Source: Octopus sinensis (lineage: Eukaryota). Taken from it: a DNA stretch of 64,000 nt. The translations under genes were made by a program, and so were the position numbers. A model generated the notes under the pieces. That model did not search any database. It had not been told where the DNA came from and worked only from the letters and a program-made list of their open reading frames with translations. The DNA lies in NCBI RefSeq assembly GCF_006345805.1, contig NC_043005.1, positions 70,184,001-70,248,000 on the forward strand, in the 5' to 3' direction. Positions 55,079 through 64,000 of the stretch are shown one piece after another. Within the stretch, counting starts at the first letter, position 1; each line of letters starts with the position of its first letter.

Positions 55079-55964
55079 CTTATGAGGGGTTGCATTTGCA
55101 GAACAGTTCAAAAGACAGCCATGTGCCGTGGAAAATTTGTTCTGGTCCATCACATTCCATGATGAGATCCAATCGAATCGTGCTTTGGATGTCATTTTTC
55201 GGAAGTGTTAAAATTAAGTACAACACAAGCACCGTGTTTGAAAATGTCGAGTGAGCTTTCTCTTCAAAATTGCTGGTCTTGCGTGCCTGAATCCGAAATA
55301 GTTACTTTTATATTCTTGGTATTAACAGGAGGGATGTTTTTATTATTAATACCTATAGTTAGACTTTAAGCTAACTATAATTCCAGTAGGTTGTTTAGCT
55401 CATTCATTTTTATCCATTTGAGGCAGAACTGGAACAAAATTTTGTAAATGTTTGTTTGCAAGAAACATAAATTTGAACTATGTTGATGTCTTTAATATTT
55501 CGGAAGTCGGAGAGAGAAGTGAAGTGGAATAGTGAATGAGGAGTTGCAACTACTTCTACCTCCAGGTCTAATCTCTTTAGTCAATAAAAGAAGATTTCTT
55601 ACACCCCAAAGTACAAAGACTATAATGCTACAAAACCCATACCGTGGCGAGCAGCAACAGCAGCAATAGTAACAGGAACAACTGCATACATGCAACGAGC
55701 AAAAGATAAAAGAAAAAAAATTAGCCGCCGATGCGGTAGCTGCTTTAACAACAGAAGCAGCGTTCCGAAAGAAAATAGCAAGAGATATCTTCCATGACAA
55801 AAATAACGACTGCGAAAATTAACAAACGTCCTAAACCACTACAGAAGTCCAAAATACACAGGCACAGACATACAGACAGACAGATACACAAACTCATATA
55901 TAGGCAAAATTAATGTAGGTCACAAAAATTACTATCGCTACTTAGTCGTGTCGCCTTTAGTTAC

Positions 55965-55995
55965 TAATTGCTAATAAGCCACCATTTTCTTTAGT

Positions 55996-56026
<31 letters not shown>

Positions 56027-56052
56027 ACTAATGAAAATGGTGGCTTCTTAGC

Positions 56053-56057
<5 letters not shown>
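55965..56057. repeat. Small inverted duplication: 33-bp arms around (TA)n, followed by (TA)n
   Basis: 55965-55997 versus revcomp 56025-56057, with two substitutions. Confidence 0.9.
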
Positions 56058-56094
<37 letters not shown>

Positions 56095-56250
56095 TTAATA
56101 ATATCAAAGGGTAATTAGAAATATTAAAAAAAATTGTTACGAGTGCCCTAGCGTGTAAAAATTTGGTCAATAGACTATATATTATTCATACAAATACAGC
56201 ATACATTTAAGCACACAAGAGGCATCCATCATAGGATTCCTTCCAAGCTA

Positions 56251-56392
56251 AAGAGGGCAGTTAAATTCCAAACCACTATCAGGGTTACGATTTCGAACGG
56301 AATGAAAAATAAAAACATTTACCCGGATTTAGATGGTAAATGTTTTTTATTTTTCATTCCCTAATAGTGGTTTGGAGTTTAACTGACCTCTC
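56251..56392. mobile_element. 142-bp palindromic MITE (mariner-like termini, TA TSD)
   Basis: TA|AAGAGGGCAGTTAAATTCCAAACCACTAT...ATAGTGGTTTGGAGTTTAACTGACCTCTC|TA. Inner stem GGAATGAAAAATAAAAACATTTACC pairs with its complement around an 11-nt loop. Confidence 0.7.
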
Positions 56393-56450
56393 TAGCGTAC
56401 AAAGAATCTTATGATCGATGCCTCTTGTGTGTTTAAATGTACAGTGTATT

Positions 56451-56593
<143 letters not shown>

Positions 56594-56992
56594 CTTTTCA
56601 CCAAATCGACGAAGATCCAAAAGTGAAGTTGCTGTGTTGTTTCGAAAAGGTCTTTATCTCACGATACGTAGCATATTCCTGAAACCAGACGCTACGTCGG
56701 TGGTGTTAAATATTTATAGAATTGAATACCATACCTTAATATCATAGTGTGCATGGTTATCTACCTGGGAGTCAGAGTAAATTGCCGGCTATCAAAAATT
56801 TACAGTACTGTGGAAATTGGAGACATTGAAGGGCAGCTTCACCGAGCAAAGATGCGGAATATCATTGTCAAATTCCGAAGACCTACATGATTTTTACAGT
56901 GAAGTTATCTGATGTGACGGTTTTTTATTCTCTACTTCTCCACCAATATTGATTTTTTTCAAGCATTACCAGACGAAATGCGATTTTCTGTT

Positions 56993-57037
56993 GACTATAA
57001 GGATTTTGCCTATAAGGATTTTGACTATAAGGATTTT
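56993..57037. repeat. 15-bp tandem repeat, three copies
   Basis: G(A/C)CTATAAGGATTTT x3. Confidence 0.9.
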
Positions 57038-57883
57038 GTCACTATTCATTACCTATACAATATACGAAGTTATATAATAAAACGTTTTGTCTTTACATAC
57101 TTGATGTTTCATTTGGCTTCAGACTTTGGCGTTTACAAGTCAAAATGGCCATTAAACAAACACTAAGCGTGTCTGAAATAAAGAATGATAATACAGCAGT
57201 AAGCCAAAAAAGCACGAAAAGAAACACCACCACAGAATGGTCAGTTGGAAGTAAAAGAATAGAAAGAAAAGCAAATGAACAACAAATAGTAAATGATATT
57301 ATTTCGATACACAAATGATTATGGTAGCAAAGTACAACACATTCGTGCACAGAGTGCTTGTCAATGTATAAAACAACGATTTTAAAACAGCTAGTTTGCC
57401 TTTGTTGCCACACAGACGGATATATTCTTCTGACTTACTAAAGTAATGTTTATCGCACTGTCTGTTGTGGTTTGAGAGACGAACTTTAAGTCAAATCACG
57501 CGTTGAAAAATCAAATATACATTCTCTCATACACTCATACATTTTTTCCCAGTTTGGGAAAAGAAGAAATAGATAATGGATTTAGAAAACGATGTTGAGC
57601 CCGATAATATTTACTGCTCTATTTCGCTTCATCGATTAGAGATTTCGTGTGGTCAGGAGAGGATCAAGGACTTCAATGTCATAACAGTTCACGAAGACCA
57701 CAGTGCTTACCAAAGCAGTACATAATTAAAGTCGCCGAGGCAAATCATATAGGACTAATGGTGGTTAATAAATGGCCTAACCGTTATACATGTAGTAAAA
57801 TTCACATGAACGCATTTTGCAGTGGGAACTGGGAAATATAAAGACGTGTTAAAGAAATAATTGCCGAAGAAAAGTACCATGAA

Positions 57884-57951
57884 ACACGGGGTCGATGTAA
57901 TTGATTAGGCGCCTCCCGCAAATTTCAGCCCCTGTGCCTATAGTAGAAAGG

Positions 57952-58040
<89 letters not shown>

Positions 58041-58066
58041 ATTATTATTATTATTATTATTATTAT
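57884..58066 (+). mobile_element. Family A SINE 3' fragment (tail T2) plus (ATT)n tract
   Basis: CGGGGTCGATGTAATTGA...AAATTTCAGCCCCTGTGCCTATAGTAGAAAGGAG, then about 37 ATT units. Confidence 0.75.
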
Positions 58067-58720
58067 TCCTTCGCAACACTGTAGGTAAAAATGCAACGGA
58101 GTCTCTAATCATCTGTCAAGTCACAACAATGAACTCAGATTGACAATACCTTCCTTGGGATGTGCGCTGCGCCCAATAAGACTGCTTTTTGCAAGACATC
58201 AATCTTGCATGGGATTCCAGTGGTCTTAAGAAGTCTTGAAGTTTCAATGGGATTGAGCCCAAAGCTCCGATCACCACTGGATTACCTTCTCGCATTCCAT
58301 ACAGTCTTGCCATTTCCAATTTCAATTCGGAGTACTTGGTGACTTTTCAACGTCTTTACTCACAACATTCATATCATGTGGTATGGCTACATTAACGAAC
58401 TGACAGTATTTGTCTCTCTTATTCAATATGGCATTATCGGGCCGACGCTGTTTGATTACACAATCCGTCTGAAAATCATAGTCTCAGAATATCGCTACTT
58501 CTCTATCCTACTGCATAAATTTACTTGGTACATGCTCTTACCATTTCTCTGTTACTTCATATTGGTATTTACGGCACAAACGCCAATGAAGGTACACTCA
58601 GACTTTATCGTGGCGGTGTTTGTATTCTTTTTGTGCAAGGTTCTCAAATCCACTTACCAAGTGTGTCACATTTTCCACACTCTCTCCAGTCTGCATCTCT
58701 TTATGTCAGAAGTTTTTTTA
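58067..58720 (-). mobile_element. 5'-truncated R4/Dong element: zinc finger, restriction-like endonuclease, 3' UTR and (AAT)n tail
   Basis: RCRL.GESVENVTHLVSG...LAQKEYKHRHDKV...DYDFQTD.VI..RRPD...VAIP...VVIGALGSIP...LQKAVLLGAAHIPRKVLSI*, then about 65 nt of UTR running into (AAT)n. Confidence 0.9.
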
Positions 58721-58894
58721 GATGTTATAGTTCACTAAATTGATATCGAAAACCTGGTCATGTGCCACAGTGATCAGGCTTTCGGTTGTACGTTTCGAAT
58801 TACCTCGCTCAAGCCCTGCTCCCGATGTTGTATTATACTTAACGTCTTGTGTATTACTTTCAAACTGTCCACGCATTCTCTTTTCAAGAAGGTC

Positions 58895-59033
58895 TCTTCT
58901 TCTTCTTCTTCTTCTTCTTCTTCTTCTTCTTCTTCTTCTTCTTCTTCTTCTTCTTCTTCTTCTTCTTCTTCTCTTCTTCTTCTTCTTCTTCTTCTTCTTC
59001 TTCTTCTTCTTCTTCTTCTTCTTCTTCTTCTTC

Positions 59034-59113
<80 letters not shown>

Positions 59114-59236
59114 TGTAGTAGTAGTAGTAGTTGTTGCTGTTGTAGCAGTAGCAGTAGTAGTAGCATCAGCAGTAGTAGCAGCAGTAGCATCAGCAGTAGC
59201 AGCAGCAGCAGTAGAGTAGTAGTAGTAGTAGTAGTG
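58895..59236. repeat. Compound triplet microsatellite (CTT)n-(ATT)n-(GTA/GCA)n
   Basis: Directly visible. It explains the poly-S/L/F/K/R/E ORFs. Confidence 0.97.
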
Positions 59237-59864
59237 AGGTGGTGAGCTGAAAGATAAGGCAATTCGTCCTCCGTTTTTACGCAGCCACCTTAGATAAGGA
59301 AAGAAGATTTGGGGATGATAGAAATCTGTATGCCACGAAACATACAAGAGGCTTAGGAAAGGAACATCTTTTGTCTCGTAACTGCTCAATCAGTGTCCAT
59401 GAGGAGGAAACTATCATGTGTCACTAAAGGATAAATCGAGCTGCCAGAAATAATAACCATATATTCCCCCAAATGCTCTACTTTATAAAAAGAGGAATAT
59501 CATATAATTTAGTCGAGCTATATGATAGCTGTATCAAAAACGAGATGATAGTTTTCAGTTCAGTCTATTACAAAATCTTGTTAGTAAACTATGATAGAAA
59601 ATATGAAATCTAAGGAAGAATTGTAAGGGGTGTTCGAATGTGTGCTGTGTGAAATTGGTTTATTTATTATGAAACTGATACCAACAAACATGTCACTATC
59701 ATATAGCAGCTGTAAATCCATTGTCACATTTAATGAGGACACGAAATGTTCACGCAAACAATAATTCAAATTGTCACATGATAACTGAAGAGATACAATC
59801 TTTGAAAGCGGAAAGGAAAAATGAAATTAGAGCACGAAAAATATTTCAAGAATGGGGGGAAAAT

Positions 59865-59960
59865 TGGCTGAGAAATAACAAGAAATACAATAACAACAAT
59901 AAAAACAACTACACGGAAAAGAAAAACAAGAACAACAACAATAATAATAATAATAATAAC

Positions 59961-60009
<49 letters not shown>

Positions 60010-60024
60010 TAATAATAATAATAA

Positions 60025-60065
<41 letters not shown>
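59865..60065. repeat. (AAT/AAC)n microsatellite
   Basis: Directly visible. Confidence 0.95.
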
Positions 60066-60067
<2 letters not shown>

Positions 60068-60689
60068 GCTGTCACGATGATGATTAACATAGTGATGTGT
60101 AGCGAGATTCTTTATTAGCCATCAGGACTCTCATAAAAACATTACACGATTATGAAAAGAGCGACGGATATTTTGTAAGTACATAAGATGTAAACGATCA
60201 CATGGTTAAATATGTTAAGATAATCTCCTGCTAGGATTAAGACTCACCGAGGTATACCTATGGGTACAGCCCAAAAGAACGGTTACTCTAGTTTTTAAGG
60301 CAAATGCACATACCAAACTATTTCACGCCAGTTCTAAAAGCTCATGGGCATAACACTTGGATGATAATGGCGCTGACCTTTTTGGATGTGGTGTTAGTGT
60401 ATCAATGTTTAAATGCTTCTCTCCTTTCTCTTCGAAATTCTTCAGGTTTTTTTTATTAATATAATGCTTTAATTATTTTTTGTTTCTATTCGGTATATTC
60501 TGCTTTTCACCATACGATATCTGTCAGTGTCCCAAACTTATAGAGGAATGACTCAGTGAATTTCTTTTGTGGGTTAGGGTAGAATGAGTTCCCTAACCTT
60601 AAGGTTAGGGGAATCATTCTTCCCTAGCCCAATAAAGATTTATTGTTATCGTCCTCGTTCTCATCTTTGTTATTTAGCCAAAAAGTTCA

Positions 60690-60915
60690 TCGTACTCACA
60701 CACTCACACACACACGCACACACACACACACACTCATTCACACACACACATACATGTCTGTGTGTGGCTTTGTGTCATCAAGGCTTGACAACCGGCGCTG
60801 CAATATTAATATTACCACCCGCTGTCACTGCCTTACTCTCCCAGGCACGAAGCCCTAAACTTCTTGAACTCGTTCTCTTTTCGACTTGGACAGACCAAAT
60901 TATTACCTGTTGCAG
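60690..60915 (+). mobile_element. Second, diverged copy of the SINE B / Penelope-like junction
   Basis: AAAAAGTTCATCGTACTCACAC-(CA)n-GCTTGACAACCG...CCGCTGTCACTGC.TTACTCTCCCA...TTCTCTTTTCGACTTGGACAG, as at 51215-51410. Encodes RLGQTKLLPVA. Confidence 0.65.
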
Positions 60916-61480
60916 TGACTATTTATATCAAGTTCACCAGTATATCAAATTCACCAGTATCAGGTTCGCTAACCTTATTCGAACACACTCTTTTGGGAAT
61001 ATATGAATGGTACTATATAAGACTCTTCCAGCACAATTGGTTTCAACATTAGAAATTTATGAAGGTATGTTGGTAATATCATATTCCATCACAGACAAAC
61101 AGGTATCACACCTCCGTTAGACGGTGAGATGTATCTCAACATCTGTATCTGAGAAAACCTTACTCGTACGCAAGCATACAATTAGGCAGGAGTGATAAAG
61201 TTTACGTTTTATGCTTCAGCTTGTTCTGGAAATAGTATTTATGCAAATCTTTGACTTTTCAGAGATATATTTCTGTATATCACCTTTCTATTTACGTGTT
61301 CTAGAAGCTGCGGTGGTCTTGTTAGTGCAGGTCTTCGCTGGCCGTTAGAAGCAACAAATAATTATTTCTGTGGAAACTATTTTTACCCTCCATTTATGGC
61401 ACGATAATTTTTTTTTGCTTGGTGGTGGGTGTAGGAGGGGATTGTTAATTTCAAGAAAAGTTGTGAAATTCTGCTTACAT

Positions 61481-61706
61481 ATACTCTTTTACTCTCTTTT
61501 GCTTGTTTCAGTCATTTGACTACAGCCATGCTGGACCACCGCCTTTAGTCGAGCAAATCGACCCCGGGACTTATTCTTTGTAAGCCCAGTACTTATTCTA
61601 TCAGTCTCTTTTGCCGAACCGCTAAGTGACGGTGACGTAAACACACCACCATCGGTTGTCAAGCAATGCTAGGGGGACAATCACAGACACACAAACATAC
61701 ACACGC

Positions 61707-61737
<31 letters not shown>

Positions 61738-61891
61738 CGACGGGCTTCTTTCAGTTTCCGTCTACCAGATCCACTCACAAGGCTTTGGTTTGCCCGAGGC
61801 TATAGTAGAAGACACTTGCCCAAGATGCCACGCAGTGGGACTGAAACCGGAACCATGTGGTTGGTAAGCAAGCTACTTATCACACAGCCAC
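61481..61891 (-). mobile_element. Full-length family B SINE
   Basis: Complete head, body, (TA) tract and (AAAGAGT)-type tail. Confidence 0.92.
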
Positions 61892-62075
61892 TCCTGCTCC
61901 TGTCCAGAATAAAAACGTAAGTAAGCCAGTTCCTAAGTATCCTTAAAAGCTTAGCAAGAACCCAGTAAGTAGTTGTTAATAGTAGTGTTTCTAGATAATA
62001 ATTATAAAAAACACAAACGTTACGACCCTTATACGAGGACATCTTGCTAATACACCGTCAACAATAATATCATCA

Positions 62076-62210
62076 TTATTAGCAGCTGCAGCAGCAGCAT
62101 TACTGGTAGTAGCAGCAGTAGCAGTAGCGGCAGCACCAACAGTAGTTGTAGTAGCAGTAGTACTAGTAGTAGTAGTGGTAGTTGTAGTAGCAGCAGCAAA
62201 AATTGTAGTT

Positions 62211-62254
<44 letters not shown>

Positions 62255-62423
62255 GGTAGTGGCGGTGGTGGTGGTGGTGGTGGTGGTGGTGGTAGTTGTA
62301 GTAGTAGTAGTAGAAGAAGAAGAAGAAGAAGAAGAAGAAGAAGAAGAAGAAGAAGAAGAAGAAGAAGAAGAAGAAGAAGAAGAAGAAGAGAAGAAGAAGA
62401 AGAAGAAGAAGAAGAAGAAGAAG
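62076..62423. repeat. Compound triplet microsatellite (GCA/GTA)n-(GGT)n-(GAA)n
   Basis: Directly visible. Confidence 0.97.
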
Positions 62424-63155
62424 CGTGGTGGCCACAGCAATAACAAGATTCAGAGGAAATTTAAGAGGAGAACACTGATGTAGAGAAAAGAGAGGCATGG
62501 GCACGATTCGGTAAGAACAATAGATGGAAAGGGAGAGACAAATGAGAGAGGAAAATGAAAGTGTAATTAAAATTATATATGAATGATCGAATATGATTAG
62601 AATGAAATAAGAATAAATGAACGAAAGAAGATATGAAAGAATAACAGAACAAGAAGAATGGAAGAGAAAGGGTATGAGAATAACGGATTGCGGTAGTAGG
62701 AAGTAACGAAGATAAAACATGGAAAACGAAAAGGTAAAAAAAATTGGAACTGGAAAAAAAAATATATAGTATCATGAACTGGAAGAATAAAACGTGAATG
62801 AGTCGAAAAAAAGTGATTTACGAAAAGAAGAGAAAGAAAATGGCGCACCAACAGAATAAGGAGAGAATAGAGAAACAGAAAATGCGGACGTCGATAAAGA
62901 GGAAGACTACGTAACAATAGGTTATGATTAGGACTGAGATGCGTTCACTGTACTGTGGTGTCATATTTTCATGATAAGGGCAATATTTCTGATTGAAAGT
63001 GAGTGGAAATCTGTGTATAATATTTCAAGGAAGGATTCTGCAGAGAGGTTTGACAAGACCGAATATTTCTATGGTTGGAATGAATACTTCAAATTAGTCA
63101 CAATAGCTACTATTGCGTAGCTACTAACAAATCAATATGCATGCATTTGTGCATG

Positions 63156-63186
<31 letters not shown>

Positions 63187-63764
63187 GTGTGTGCGTGCAT
63201 ATTAATAAAAAAAACATACACATACACACACATATATGTAGATATATGTATATATGTCGATGTGTATGTGAAATACAGATCGGTTTTGTAGTATGTTTAG
63301 TTGCAGCATGACCTATTGCTTAAGAAGTCTCTAGTTTCAATTTTACAATGTGGCATATAAGCGCAAGAGTGGTTTTCTGTAGCCTTGTTTTCTGTTCATA
63401 CCTTGTAAGTGAAATTGGATGGATGAAAATATTGTAGATGACTATCAAAACCATTGTACTGTAGAACAATGGTCTAACCCTACCGCACACTGTTGCACTC
63501 TCTCCCTCTCTCTCTCCCTCTCTCTCTCTTGATTTCTCTCTCTGTCTAAGAATTATATTAAGTGCACGCTTGTCTAGGGAAAACTCAAGCAGTTACATAA
63601 TCATTTAACAAAACCTGTCGTTTGGTTGAACTAACAAAACAGTATGTCTGAGATTCATATTATACTTACTTTTATATATACATATATTCTACGATATACG
63701 CATGCACACACTTATAAAGGTGCACATAAATAATGTATATACGTATTTATATGATGTGTGGATT

Positions 63765-63920
63765 CAGGTATTGCTCAGTGGTTAAAAAGCTCACTTCGCA
63801 AATCTATTTCGAGTTTGATACTTATAGCGTAGAATTTTGCCCAAGTCTATATAAATGTGTCTGTGGTATCTTCGGCGGGTGCATTAACCAACGTCTCTGG
63901 TTGACACAAGCCTTGTGAGG
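63765..63920 (+). mobile_element. Highly degenerate family B SINE head
   Basis: TTGCTCAGTGGTTAAAAAGCTC...TTCGAGTTTGATAC...ACAAGCCTTGTGAG. Confidence 0.45.
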
Positions 63921-64000
63921 GCGCTTGAAATGACGGGCATTATGGGCCCCTGTCTGATGGACTTTAAATGTACTCTGTATGCCCAGCATTGTCACTGTTG

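Noticed and set aside
56978-57166. ORF with DYKDF-AYKDF-DYKDF, resembling a 3xFLAG tag
   Set aside because: It is a native-looking 15-bp tandem repeat, is not DYKDDDDK, and has no vector context. Coincidence.
60240-60410. RGIPMGT and FLDV motifs hinting at a Penelope RT relic
   Set aside because: Two short motifs only, with no continuous alignment visible.
60591-60610. Perfect 20-bp palindrome CCCTAACCTTAAGGTTAGGG with telomere-like hexamers
   Set aside because: Only one hexamer per arm, too short to call an interstitial telomere or fusion site.

Overview
AT-rich, repeat-saturated eukaryotic DNA. The SINE families and (TA)n/(GATA)n/triplet microsatellites look like a coleoid cephalopod (Octopus-like) genome, but that assignment is from recall, not a search. 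I found no intact protein-coding gene, rRNA, true tRNA or CRISPR array, so the window is probably intronic or intergenic. Most ORFs in the track are microsatellite read-throughs. Recognisable coding remnants are all from transposons: mariner, Tc1, a Chapaev-like transposase, two Helitron helicases, R4/Dong, CR1, L1/Tx1 and Penelope-like elements. There are also many tRNA-derived SINEs, MITEs and non-autonomous Helitrons. Four structures stand out. (1) Four local fold-back inverted duplications (arms of 33, 111, 322 and about 398 bp) are tied to (AT)n tracts. (2) One SINE family occurs as monomer, TSD-flanked dimer and tetramer, with three alternative tails. (3) A SINE-Penelope chimera is present in two diverged copies. 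(4) A minimal hammerhead-ribozyme-like fold lies at 15193-15230. Some inverted duplications could be long-read or assembly artefacts and need read-level validation.
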